Shown here piece by piece: positions 39,255-49,059 of a DNA stretch of 64,000 bases (position 1 is the stretch's first letter; every line of letters begins with the position of its first letter). The translations under genes were made by a program, and so were the position numbers. Origin of the DNA: a bacterium. GTDB lineage: Bacteria > Patescibacteriota > Microgenomatia > Curtissbacterales > GWA2-41-24. The notes beneath the pieces were generated by a model. The model saw only the letters and a list, made by a program, of their open reading frames with translations. It did not search any database and was not told where the DNA came from. The stretch is taken from positions 23 to 64,022 of the forward strand of contig JAKALT010000001.1 of NCBI GenBank assembly GCA_021813125.1, read 5' to 3'.

Positions 39255-42088
39255 TGATTTTTGAAGTTAGGGTTAAGTCAAATGACGAAAAAGATCCAAA
39301 AGGCGCGGCTCTTCTTGCGGAAATTAATAAAACTTTAAATATAAGCTCAATCAAAAAAATTCAAACTGCTAAAGTTTACCGCCTCGAAAATATTAAAAAA
39401 GAAAAAGTCAAAATATTTGCCCAAACTGCTCTTTTTGAAAAAATAGACCAAATCGCAACTTATAACAAATCCATTTTTCCAAAATCGGCAACAGTTATTG
39501 AAGTCGGATACAAACCCGGCGTTATGAATCCTGAGGTGGCATCGATCTTAAAAGTAGCAAGCGATCTTAAAATCAAAATAGACGCTTGCGATTCGTCCTG
39601 GGAATACGCCTTTTTTGGTCCGGTTACAAAATCTCAAATCGACCAAATAGTTAAAAGATTATTAGTTAATGACACAGTTGAAAACTTAATCAAAAAACCC
39701 CCAAAAACCCTAAAAATTTCCGGTGTTGCCCAAAAAGTACAAACCGTTCCAATTACAAAACTAAATGATCAAGAACTTATGGATTTAACCCACGATAAAC
39801 TATTTTTAAATCTTGAAGAAATGAAAGTAATTCAAAATTATTTTACAAAAATTAAAAGAGATCCGACAGATTGCGAACTGGAAACGATTGCACTTACTTG
39901 GTCTGAGCATTGCGGTCATAAAACTTTTCGTGCAAAAGTTACAATTGACGGCAAAACTAAAGCCCCGTTTATTTCCCGTATCAAAAAAACTGCTAAAAAT
40001 AATCAAAAATTAATTATTAGCGCTTTTGATGATAATTCAGGTGTTATTGATTTTTACGATGGGTTTGCAATAAATGGCAAGGTAGAAACACACAATTCGC
40101 CATCCGCTATTGAACCTTATGGTGGCGCAATGACCGGCTCCGGAGGTGTTTTCCGGGATATTTTAGGAACTGGACAGGGTGCAAAGCCGGTTATATCTAC
40201 CGACATTTTTTGTTTTGCACCACCGGACCTTAACGTAAAAGAACTACCCCCCGGATGCCTTCCACCAGAATATTTGCTTAGAAAAGTTGTATTCGGTGTT
40301 CGAGATTACGGTAATAGAGTTGGAATTCCTACAAATAACGGATCTGTCCATTTTCATCCTGATTTCCGCGCCAAACCGACTGTTGCCGTCGGTTCGTTCG
40401 GTCTAATCGAAAAATCAAGGGCAAAAAAGGGTAAACCAAAATCAGGAAATTTGATCATAACGCTCGGAGGGGCTACTGGGAGGGACGGTATTCACGGGGC
40501 TACATTTGCTTCCGGCGAAATGACCGACAGAACTATTAACGTTTCCGGTTCCGCTGTTCAGATTGGAAATGCCATAGAAGAAAAAAGATTAATTGATGCG
40601 ATCTTAAAGCTGAAAGAAGATAATTTGATTTCTGCTATTACAGATTGCGGTGCCGGTGGTTATGCATCGGCAATAGGCGAAATCGCCAAAGAAACCGGTG
40701 CAGAGGTTTATCTTGATAAAGTTCCGCTTAAGTACGCAAACCTTGCTCCCTGGGAAATTTTTCTCTCGGAATCTCAAGAACGAATGGTAATTGCCATAAG
40801 CCCTAAAAATCTCAAAAAAGTTCAAAATATTTGCGAAATTTACAATGTACCAAACAATGTAATTGGAAAATTCACCTCCGATAAAAAACTTAAAATCTAC
40901 TATCACAAAGAAATTGTCTGCAATCTTTCTATGGCTTTTTTACATAACGGCCTTCCCCAAAGGCATATGGTTGGAATATCAAAGATCAGAAGTCAGAGAT
41001 CAAAGAGCGGACAGTCATCAAAACCTAACAATATTAAAATTGAAAAAGTATGGCAAAAAGTAATGGCTCACGGCAATGTTTGCTCAAAAGAGCCAATTGT
41101 GCGGATGTACGACCATAATGTCCAGGGAACAGCAGCGATGCATCCGTTTTCCGGTCAAAACTTTGACGGCCCTAATGATGGCGCAATAGTAATGCCGATT
41201 TTGGGAAAACCTTACGGATTAGTTGTAACACACGGCCTAAATCCACAACTTAATAAAATCGACCCATATTGGGGAAGTATCTGGGCAATAACGGAAGCGG
41301 TCGCAAATTTTGTTTCCGTGGGTGGCAATTTAAAAGATGCTGCTCTGGTAGATAATTTCATATGGCCTTTTCCGGACGAAGAATCATTAGCAGATTTAGA
41401 TAAATCAGTCGACGCTTGTTGTAATATGGCAAATCTTTTAAACATGCCATTTATATCAGGTAAAGATTCGCTCTCCTCAACTTACAGATATCCAAACGGT
41501 CAAATTCTGAAAATTCCACCTGTGTTGTTAATTTCAGTTTTCGGAAAAATTCCCGACGTTAAAAAAACTACAAGTTCCGATTTCAAAAAAGCCGGCTCGA
41601 CAATAGTTTTGGTCGGCAAACCGGATTTTGAAAATCTCGGCGGTTCAACATATCTCGACATCATAAAATCAAGGTCTGGAGATATTCCAAAACCGGATCT
41701 CCAATCTATCACAAAAGTTTTTTCATCAATAACATCAGGTATCAAATCATCCCAGATTATTTCCTGTCATGATATTTCGGAAGGCGGTACGGCAACTGCC
41801 CTTGCAGAAATGTGTATCGGTGGAGACGTAGGCGCCGAAATCGATATTGAACAATTAAAATCGAAAGACGACCAAATATTATTTTCCGAAACGCCGGGAA
41901 CGTTTTTAGTTGAGGTTAATAACGAAAATATTGCCAAGAAACTTTTTGCTAAAGTTCCATATTATATTTTAGGAAAAACAACAAAATCTGACACAATAAT
42001 TGTCAAAGGTTCTAAAACAACAAAAGTCAAAGTAGATACTCTCAAAAAATCCTGGCAAAAACCTATGAGGGAGATTTTTAATGACTAA
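39254..42088 (+). CDS. purL: Phosphoribosylformylglycinamidine synthase subunit PurL fused to an N-terminal PurS-like tandem module
   Basis: 944 aa. First about 200 aa form two PurS-like beta-alpha-beta-beta units. PurL core motifs WSEHCGHKTF, AIEPYGGAMTGSGGVFRDI. Separate purQ follows. Confidence 0.9.
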   Translation: MIFEVRVKSNDEKDPKGAALLAEINKTLNISSIKKIQTAKVYRLENIKKEKVKIFAQTALFEKIDQIATYNKSIFPKSATVIEVGYKPGVMNPEVASILKVASDLKIKIDACDSSWEYAFFGPVTKSQIDQIVKRLLVNDTVENLIKKPPKTLKISGVAQKVQTVPITKLNDQELMDLTHDKLFLNLEEMKVIQNYFTKIKRDPTDCELETIALTWSEHCGHKTFRAKVTIDGKTKAPFISRIKKTAKNNQKLIISAFDDNSGVIDFYDGFAINGKVETHNSPSAIEPYGGAMTGSGGVFRDILGTGQGAKPVISTDIFCFAPPDLNVKELPPGCLPPEYLLRKVVFGVRDYGNRVGIPTNNGSVHFHPDFRAKPTVAVGSFGLIEKSRAKKGKPKSGNLIITLGGATGRDGIHGATFASGEMTDRTINVSGSAVQIGNAIEEKRLIDAILKLKEDNLISAITDCGAGGYASAIGEIAKETGAEVYLDKVPLKYANLAPWEIFLSESQERMVIAISPKNLKKVQNICEIYNVPNNVIGKFTSDKKLKIYYHKEIVCNLSMAFLHNGLPQRHMVGISKIRSQRSKSGQSSKPNNIKIEKVWQKVMAHGNVCSKEPIVRMYDHNVQGTAAMHPFSGQNFDGPNDGAIVMPILGKPYGLVVTHGLNPQLNKIDPYWGSIWAITEAVANFVSVGGNLKDAALVDNFIWPFPDEESLADLDKSVDACCNMANLLNMPFISGKDSLSSTYRYPNGQILKIPPVLLISVFGKIPDVKKTTSSDFKKAGSTIVLVGKPDFENLGGSTYLDIIKSRSGDIPKPDLQSITKVFSSITSGIKSSQIISCHDISEGGTATALAEMCIGGDVGAEIDIEQLKSKDDQILFSETPGTFLVEVNNENIAKKLFAKVPYYILGKTTKSDTIIVKGSKTTKVKVDTLKKSWQKPMREIFND

Positions 42089-42854
42089 ACCAAAAGTTTG
42101 TGTTTTAAGGTCGGACGGTGCTAATTGCGACGAGGAGCTTTTTTATGCATTCGAAAAATTCGGCGCATCACCTTCTATGGTTCACATCAACGAATTAAGG
42201 AATAAATCTAAAAAGCTCAAAAACTTTCAAATCCTTGCCCTCCCAGGAGGCTTTTCTTATGGGGACGATATTGCCTCCGGAAAAGTATTGGCAGTTGAAC
42301 TCATAAGCTTCTTAAAAGACGAAATCCAAACATTCGTTGACCGTAAAGGTTTGGTGCTTGGGATTTGCAACGGATTTCAAACATTGGTTCGCACAGGTCT
42401 TTTGCCGTTTGGTAATCTTGGCAAAATGGATGCAACCCTAACCCAAAATGACAGCGGCCATTTTGAATGCCGTTGGGTCAAAATTAAAGGCGAAAAAAGC
42501 AAATGCTTGTTTTTAAACCATAATGAACCAATCGATATCGCAGTCAATCACGGAGAAGGAAAATTTTACGCAGAACCATCTGTAATCAAAAAGATCGAGG
42601 ACCAAAAACTTGTCATTTTTCGATATATCGACCAAAACGGAAAGCCAACTCAAAAATATCCCGATAATCCAAACGGTTCAATAAATTCCATCGCAGGAAT
42701 CTGCGACCCGACTGGAAGAATTCTAGGTATGATGCCTCATCCGGAAAAATTTATAGAAATTACCCAACACCCGAATTGGCGCCGCCAAAAGTTTACAAAA
42801 CCTCATGGCGCATTTATTTTCGAAAATCTGATTTCGTATGCAAAAAAAAGTTGA
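42081..42854 (+). CDS. purQ: Phosphoribosylformylglycinamidine synthase glutaminase subunit
   Basis: 257 aa class I GATase. GICNGFQ, catalytic HPE. Confidence 0.9.
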   Translation: MTKPKVCVLRSDGANCDEELFYAFEKFGASPSMVHINELRNKSKKLKNFQILALPGGFSYGDDIASGKVLAVELISFLKDEIQTFVDRKGLVLGICNGFQTLVRTGLLPFGNLGKMDATLTQNDSGHFECRWVKIKGEKSKCLFLNHNEPIDIAVNHGEGKFYAEPSVIKKIEDQKLVIFRYIDQNGKPTQKYPDNPNGSINSIAGICDPTGRILGMMPHPEKFIEITQHPNWRRQKFTKPHGAFIFENLISYAKKS

Positions 42855-43731
42855 TAAAATAAAATCCCTAAAAACAACGCGCCAGATAGCAATGAAGGCG
42901 TTTTACGAAGCGTTAAACAAAGTTTTATCCAAAAATAAACCTATCGCAGAAACAGATTTAAAAAAAACGTGGCTTAAAGAACTAAGAAAATCTGGAGATA
43001 TTTTTAATAATGGTTGGTATGTCCCTCCACCTCACGGAATAACCATAATTTTTGCTCAGGATAATAAACCTCAAAGGACACAGTTTCGCAGCTTACGTTT
43101 TAAAGAAAATTTTCCCCAAAAAAATATATTCTTAAATAAAAAAAGTGGCATTATTATTGCGTATGCATCTCCGGTCAATAAGGAAACTGGCATTATTGGA
43201 GATTTCGGACTTACATTATATTTCGGAAAAAGGCCTGAATTGATAGAACACATTAAAAATATTTTAAATATCCAAAAAAAAGTTTTTAATCATGCAAAAA
43301 TTGGAATGTCTCTATCGGAGCTTTATAAATATGCAGTGACACTCTTCAAAAAAGATAATTTGTCAAACGATTGGTGGCTAAATATTACAGACCCATCCGG
43401 CAGAAATATGGGTCATTCTATTCCATCAACCGAAAAAGACTGGAGCGACAAAGAATACAAACTTCTAAGCACTGCAAATAATAATTGGGAGAAAGTTGCA
43501 AATATGATAAGCAAAAGAAGAATATTTTTTAGTCCCAAGGAAGAATTAAAAATAAAAAAAGGAATAGCTTTTTCTATAGAATGTAGATTAAAGAAAACTA
43601 ATAATCCGGCTTTTCCTGTAGTGTGGTTCCACACAGTGGCGATTTTTCAAAAAAACGGGAAAAAAGAATTCTTGACAAACTTTGATAAATTATTCAAACT
43701 TGCAGGAATGGAGTACGCACTTAATTATTAA
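42838..43731 (+). CDS. Hypothetical protein with creatinase/prolidase-like (M24 pita-bread) fold features, embedded in the pur operon
   Basis: 297 aa. Segments IIIAYASPVNKETGIIGDFGLTLYFG, GHSIP, GIAFSIECRL... are reminiscent of M24-fold enzymes. Overlaps purQ end by 17 nt and sits immediately upstream of purM. Confidence 0.5.
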   Translation: MQKKVDKIKSLKTTRQIAMKAFYEALNKVLSKNKPIAETDLKKTWLKELRKSGDIFNNGWYVPPPHGITIIFAQDNKPQRTQFRSLRFKENFPQKNIFLNKKSGIIIAYASPVNKETGIIGDFGLTLYFGKRPELIEHIKNILNIQKKVFNHAKIGMSLSELYKYAVTLFKKDNLSNDWWLNITDPSGRNMGHSIPSTEKDWSDKEYKLLSTANNNWEKVANMISKRRIFFSPKEELKIKKGIAFSIECRLKKTNNPAFPVVWFHTVAIFQKNGKKEFLTNFDKLFKLAGMEYALNY

Positions 43732-43734
43732 ACA

Positions 43735-44835
43735 ATGAAAAAAATAAGTTACGAAAAATCAGGAGTAGATTACAGAGCACTGGATCCGGCAAAAAAACTC
43801 GGACAAGAGGCAGGTCTTACAACCGCAAAAAATCTTAAAAAAGCAGGGTTTGTTGAGATAACTGACAGTCGGGGAGAGACTGCATATGTATGGGATCAAG
43901 GAAATATTTTGATGGCATCGGTCGTAGAGAGTTTAGGAACAAAAAATCTTGTTGCAGACGAAACGCGAAAAATAGCAGGCAAAACCTACTACGATGTCAT
44001 TGGACATGACGCAGTCGCAGCTATAATAAATGACTTGATTGCTGTTGGAGCAAAACCTCTTGAAACCCACGCCTTCTGGGCCGTAGGAGACGGAGCTTGG
44101 TTTAACGATCAAAAAAGGACTAAAGATTTAGTCAATGGTTGGAAAACCGCAACCGATTTATCAGAGGCATCATGGGGTGGAGGAGAATCTCCTTCTTTAA
44201 ATTCAATTGTTGACAAAAACTCAATTGTTCTCGGAGGAAGCGCAGTAGGTATCATCAAAAACAAAAAGCAATTAATCACGGATAAAAAGTTAAAGGTAGG
44301 CGACAGGATTATTCTTCTTAAGTCAAACGGCATCAACTGTAACGGCCTTTCACTTGCACGGGCAGTTGCTAAAAAATTGAAAAAAGGATACGGTGAAAAG
44401 CTATCCAATGGTCAACTTTATGGTGAAGCGATTCTTAGCAAAACCAATATATACGCGAAACTAATCCAAGATCTTTTGTCAGCTGGCATCGATATCCACT
44501 ACATTTCAAATATTACAGGTCATGGTCTTCGCAAAATTATGCGGGCTCGTGGCAACTTTACTTATGTAATAGAAAAATTATTTCCTCCACAGGAAGTCTT
44601 TCTATTTATCCAAAAACATGCTGGCCTATCTGACGACGAAATTTATCAAACACTAAACATGGGACAAGATTACGCAATCTTTGTAGATCCGAAAGATGTT
44701 AAAAAAGCACAGGTTGTTATAAAGAGAAATAAATTTGAATCAATAAACGCCGGTTATATTGAAGGTGGTCCACGCCAGGTTATTATCAAACCAAAAAACA
44801 TCAAATTTACATCAGAATCATTAGATCTAAGATGA
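43735..44835 (+). CDS. purM: Phosphoribosylformylglycinamidine cyclo-ligase (AIR synthetase)
   Basis: 366 aa. N-terminal YEKSGVDY, PurM-type AIRS N and C domains. Confidence 0.85.
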   Translation: MKKISYEKSGVDYRALDPAKKLGQEAGLTTAKNLKKAGFVEITDSRGETAYVWDQGNILMASVVESLGTKNLVADETRKIAGKTYYDVIGHDAVAAIINDLIAVGAKPLETHAFWAVGDGAWFNDQKRTKDLVNGWKTATDLSEASWGGGESPSLNSIVDKNSIVLGGSAVGIIKNKKQLITDKKLKVGDRIILLKSNGINCNGLSLARAVAKKLKKGYGEKLSNGQLYGEAILSKTNIYAKLIQDLLSAGIDIHYISNITGHGLRKIMRARGNFTYVIEKLFPPQEVFLFIQKHAGLSDDEIYQTLNMGQDYAIFVDPKDVKKAQVVIKRNKFESINAGYIEGGPRQVIIKPKNIKFTSESLDLR

Positions 44836-45095
44836 GTGATTTTGATTCACTAAAAAAAGAAATTGAAAAAATAAAAGATCGAAACAGACGGGTGGAACAA
44901 GACAAAGCGTGGGAAACAAGTTGGGCAAGAAGAATTGCAATTGCTGTTACAACTTACATTTTAATATCAATCTTTCTTATAATCATCAAAGTCGAGAAAC
45001 CCTTCCTTTCTGCAATTATTCCGTCGATAGCCTATTTAATTTCAACAGCAACAATCAACGTCCTCAAAAACTGGTGGTTTAAAAACCAAAAATAA
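44832..45095 (+). CDS. Hypothetical small membrane protein (87 aa)
   Basis: Two hydrophobic helices. Coiled-coil N-terminus. Overlaps purM stop. Confidence 0.4.
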   Translation: MSDFDSLKKEIEKIKDRNRRVEQDKAWETSWARRIAIAVTTYILISIFLIIIKVEKPFLSAIIPSIAYLISTATINVLKNWWFKNQK

Positions 45096-45130
45096 TATAA
45101 TTTGACTTTCGTATTTGCTTCGGGTATACA

Positions 45131-46397
45131 TTGCCTATGGATTTGTTCGATAAAAACCAAAAAGAATTTGCTCCGTTAGCAGATCGTATACGCCCTAAAA
45201 ATCTGCGAGAGTTTGCAGGTCAAAAACATTTAGTATCCAAGGGAAAAATATTAGAAAAAGCAATTGGTGAGGACAAATTATTTTCCATAATTTTTTGGGG
45301 ACCACCAGGATCTGGCAAAACAACACTCGCAAGAATTATCGCATCCGAAACAAAATCAAATTTCATCCAAATATCGGCAGTTACATCTAACGTTGCCGAA
45401 ATTAAAAAAATTATCCAAACAGCCCAAGATACCCAAAAACTTCAAAGCCAAAGGACGATTCTATTTATAGACGAGATACACAGGTTTAACAAAGCCCAAC
45501 AGGATGTACTGCTCCCACACGTCGAAAGGGGCACTGTCACCCTAATTGGTGCCACAACCGAAAATCCTTCTTTTGAAGTAATAGGTGCGCTACTTTCCGG
45601 GTCACGAGTATTGAAACTCGAATCTTTATCAGAAGAAGATCTAGAAAGAATAATAAAAAACGCACTTAAAGATAAAAACAACGGACTTGGAAACCAGAAA
45701 TTAAAATTTGAAAAACAAGCCCTTAAGTTTTTAATCTCACAATCAAACGGTGACGCCAGGTTTGCTCTTAACACTCTGGAAATTGCAGCATCCCAAGTTA
45801 AAAACCAGTCAACCCTAAAGGCCGAAAATATTACAAGTGCCCTGCAAAGACATACAACTTTTTACGACAAAAAAGGGGATTACCATTACGACACAATTTT
45901 GGCATACATCAAAAGCATGCGCGCCGGCAAAACAGACGCCGCTTTGCATTATTTGGCTCGGATGATCGAAGCCGGTGAAGATCCGGTTTTTATTGCCCGC
46001 CGTATGGTAATTTTTGCATCCGAAGATATCGGCAATGCCATTGCCAACCACGCTTGTAATTGCGACCTCCGCAATGCAGGCAGTTCATATGGTTGGCATG
46101 CCCGAATCAACTTTAATCCTTGCCCACGTAACTTCTTATTTATCGGAAGCCCCCAAAAGCATTGCCTCAACAGAGGCAATTTCAAAAGCCCTTTTGGACG
46201 TCAAAAATTTCCCTCTTGATCCAATACCCTTACATCTCAGAAACGCTCCGACCAAACTGATGAAGGAAATGGGTTATGGCAAAGACCATATCCGTTATCC
46301 ATGGATGGACGAAAACCGCAATAAACAAATTTTAGAGTATCAGCCTAAAAATCTAGTTGGTAAAAAATACTATCAAAATCCCAGAAAGAAAAGATAA
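45131..46397 (+). pseudogene. rarA: Replication-associated recombination protein A (RarA/MgsA), interrupted by a +1 frameshift near 46040
   Basis: Frame 1 carries GPPGSGKTTLARIIA, DEIHRFNKAQQD, GATTENPSF, SNGDARFALN, ARMIEAGEDPVFIARRMVIFASEDIGNA. Conserved continuation LPTTLVIATSAMQAVHMVGMPE...HLRNAPTKLMKEMGYGK is in frame 2 (ORF 46014..46397). Removing one A in gccattgcc (46037-46045) restores one ORF. Confidence 0.8.
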
Positions 46398-46465
46398 CTT
46401 TGGGTATCTAACTTCATTTCATCCAAATTATTCATTGACATATATTAATGCTAAAATAAATCAAG

Positions 46466-46732
46466 ATGGGTCTCTTTCTCTTATTTCTCGGATCAGTGTC
46501 GATAATCATTGGAGCTAACGCTCTTCGCTCTCAAAAACTATTTTTATCAAAAGAAGCCTTTTACTACGTACCAATTGATAACATCTTAAAAGCCATCATG
46601 GGAGAAAAAGTGCCAAAGTATACATTTACAGGTTTGGTAAAAAATATAATTAGTTTACTGTTCATTATTGGAGGAATATCTTTTATTTATGAAGCTTATA
46701 TCATTTACAAAACAGGGGTTTCCCCGATTTAA
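46466..46732 (+). CDS. Hypothetical small membrane protein (88 aa)
   Basis: ORF with two hydrophobic segments. Confidence 0.35.
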   Translation: MGLFLLFLGSVSIIIGANALRSQKLFLSKEAFYYVPIDNILKAIMGEKVPKYTFTGLVKNIISLLFIIGGISFIYEAYIIYKTGVSPI

Positions 46733-46771
46733 TTTTTTGCATTTTTAGCCTCGACCGTGTAAAATACGCAA

Positions 46772-47785
46772 ATGGAGACCCGAAAAGTATATAAAATCGC
46801 AACTCTGGGCTCCCACTCCGCGCTCCAGATCTTAAAAGGCGCCAAAGACGAAGGCTTCAAAACAATCTGCGTAACAATTCCAGACAGGGTTTCCCTCTAC
46901 AGCCGCTTTTCTTTTATCGATAAAATCGTAGTAATTGAAAAATACACCGATTTCCCAAAAGTAGAAGGTCAACTCATAAAAGACAACGCCATTATCATTC
47001 CGCATGGTTCTTTCGTTGCATATTTGGGCGTTGAAAACAATAAAAAAATGAAGGTCCCCTATTACGGTAACAAAAAAGTTCTAGATTGGGAATCCGATCG
47101 CAAAATGCAAAGGGATTGGTTAATCCAATCCGGAATTCCGGTTCCAAGAAGGTTTAAAAAGGGTGAAAAAATCGACAGGCCCATTATCGTTAAATCTTAT
47201 GGCGCGGCCGGGGGCAACGGTTACTTTTTTGCCAAGAACCAGAAAGATTTTGACCGCAGAATAAAATCATTTAAACCAAAAGACTTCATTGTCCAGGAAT
47301 ACGTAATCGGTGTTCCGCTTTATATACATTATTTTTACTCACCTATTTCAAAAAAATTGGAAATTTTATCCATCGACAAACGTTATGAATCTAATGTCGA
47401 TTCTCTCGGCAGAATCCCTTCACAAAACCAGCAGGGTTTAGGAATAGAACCTTCGTTTGTTGTTGTTGGTAACAGCCCACTGGCACTTCGCGAATCACTG
47501 CTTGCGGAGGCTTTTGAAATGGGGGAAAGGGTTGTTGCCAAATCAAAAGAACTAATTTCCGGCGGCCTTTGGGGCCCATTTTGTTTGGAAACAATAATCA
47601 CCCCGGAGCAAAAATTTTCAATTATCGAGATTTCCTGCCGAATAGTAGCCGGAACGAACTTGTTTATTAACGGCTCGCCTTATGCCGCATTATATTGGGA
47701 CAAAGAAGTTTCCACCGGACGCAGAATTGCAATGGAAATTAAAGATGCAATCAAAAAAAACAAATTAGGAAAAATATTAAACTGA
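46772..47785 (+). CDS. purP: Archaeal-type 5-formaminoimidazole-4-carboxamide ribonucleotide (FAICAR) synthetase PurP, paralog 1 (ATP-grasp, formate-dependent)
   Basis: N-terminus KIATLGSHSALQILKGAKDEGFKT. Internal HYFYSP, KRYESNVDSLGRIP, ALRESLL..FEMG, GPFCLE. These match the archaeal PurP family layout (DUF1246/DUF1297), from recalled family knowledge. Confidence 0.8.
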   Translation: METRKVYKIATLGSHSALQILKGAKDEGFKTICVTIPDRVSLYSRFSFIDKIVVIEKYTDFPKVEGQLIKDNAIIIPHGSFVAYLGVENNKKMKVPYYGNKKVLDWESDRKMQRDWLIQSGIPVPRRFKKGEKIDRPIIVKSYGAAGGNGYFFAKNQKDFDRRIKSFKPKDFIVQEYVIGVPLYIHYFYSPISKKLEILSIDKRYESNVDSLGRIPSQNQQGLGIEPSFVVVGNSPLALRESLLAEAFEMGERVVAKSKELISGGLWGPFCLETIITPEQKFSIIEISCRIVAGTNLFINGSPYAALYWDKEVSTGRRIAMEIKDAIKKNKLGKILN

Positions 47786-49059
47786 TGAAAACAAAACTTA
47801 ACAATTGGAAAGGGGCGGCAGCAGTAATTGGTATCGACTGGGGCGATTCCGGAAAAGGCCGGCTTATAGACGACCTTTCCCAAAATGCAGATATAATAGC
47901 CCGCTTCAATGGTGGTTCAAACACCGGACACACAGTTGCAAACAAATTCGGAAAATTCGCAATGCACATTACACCTTCCGGAATTTTCAACCAAAAGGCG
48001 ACATGTCTTATTGGCCGCAATGTTGCGGTTAATCTGGAAGTTTTAATGCAAGAAATGGACGCAATGAAAAAAGCTGGAGTGAGCTTTAAAAATTTGATGA
48101 TAGACGAACAAGCACCGCTAACTATGCCTTGGCACATAATGCGCGATGGTTTAAGGGAAAAAATCCGCAAATCTAAAATCGGCACAACAGGAAATGGTGT
48201 CGGGCCAACATACGCCGATTACACCGAAAGGGTTGGCCTAAAAGTTATCGATTTAATATCAAATGATTTGAAAGAAAAAATTTACAATGAAGCCCAAATT
48301 CAAAACAAATTTTTTAATCTTAAAATTTCCCCCAACGATGTTTATTTAAAATTTTCAAAGTACGCAAAAGTTGTAAAACCATTTCTTGGGAAAACTATTC
48401 AAATCCTCAAACATAATCACCAAAAAGGTAAAAACATATTGTTTGAAGGGGCACAAGGTTACTTTTTGGATATCGACGCAGGTACTTACCCATTTGTCAC
48501 ATCGTCTAACCCGGGTGTAGTTGGCATTTGGCGCTCTTACGATTTTCACCCCCAAAACTTAGATCATGTAATCGGAATTACCAAAGCCTACACTACGCGT
48601 GTAGGATCCGGTCCTATGCCGACAAAAATGGATGAAGCAACCGCAAAACAAATTATTGAAAAAGGCCATGAAGTTGGAACGACAACCGGCAGAATCCGCT
48701 CTCCCGGTTGGCAGGACTTGGTTCTTCTAAAATACGCCAACGAAGCAAACCACCTGACATCTCTGGCAATAACAAAATTGGATGTTTTGAGTGGACAAAA
48801 AAAGATTAAACTTGGTGTTGGCTATAAATTAAACGGTAAAGTTACTGAATACGTTCCCCACAATGCAGACCACTTAGGTGAAGTCAGTCCGGTTTATGAA
48901 GATTTTGACGGATGGAGTGAGAACATTTCTCATGTTAGAGATTTTAAAAAACTTCCTAAGAATGCCAAAATTTACATAAATGCCATTGAGAAATTCACGA
49001 AAATTCCTGTTAAATTTATTTCAGTTGGTCCAAAAAGGGGAGAAGTAATTTATGTCTAA
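47785..49059 (+). CDS. purA: Adenylosuccinate synthetase
   Basis: 424 aa. GIDWGDSGKGRLID P-loop variant, GTTGNGVGP, conserved PurA layout. Confidence 0.92.
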   Translation: MKTKLNNWKGAAAVIGIDWGDSGKGRLIDDLSQNADIIARFNGGSNTGHTVANKFGKFAMHITPSGIFNQKATCLIGRNVAVNLEVLMQEMDAMKKAGVSFKNLMIDEQAPLTMPWHIMRDGLREKIRKSKIGTTGNGVGPTYADYTERVGLKVIDLISNDLKEKIYNEAQIQNKFFNLKISPNDVYLKFSKYAKVVKPFLGKTIQILKHNHQKGKNILFEGAQGYFLDIDAGTYPFVTSSNPGVVGIWRSYDFHPQNLDHVIGITKAYTTRVGSGPMPTKMDEATAKQIIEKGHEVGTTTGRIRSPGWQDLVLLKYANEANHLTSLAITKLDVLSGQKKIKLGVGYKLNGKVTEYVPHNADHLGEVSPVYEDFDGWSENISHVRDFKKLPKNAKIYINAIEKFTKIPVKFISVGPKRGEVIYV

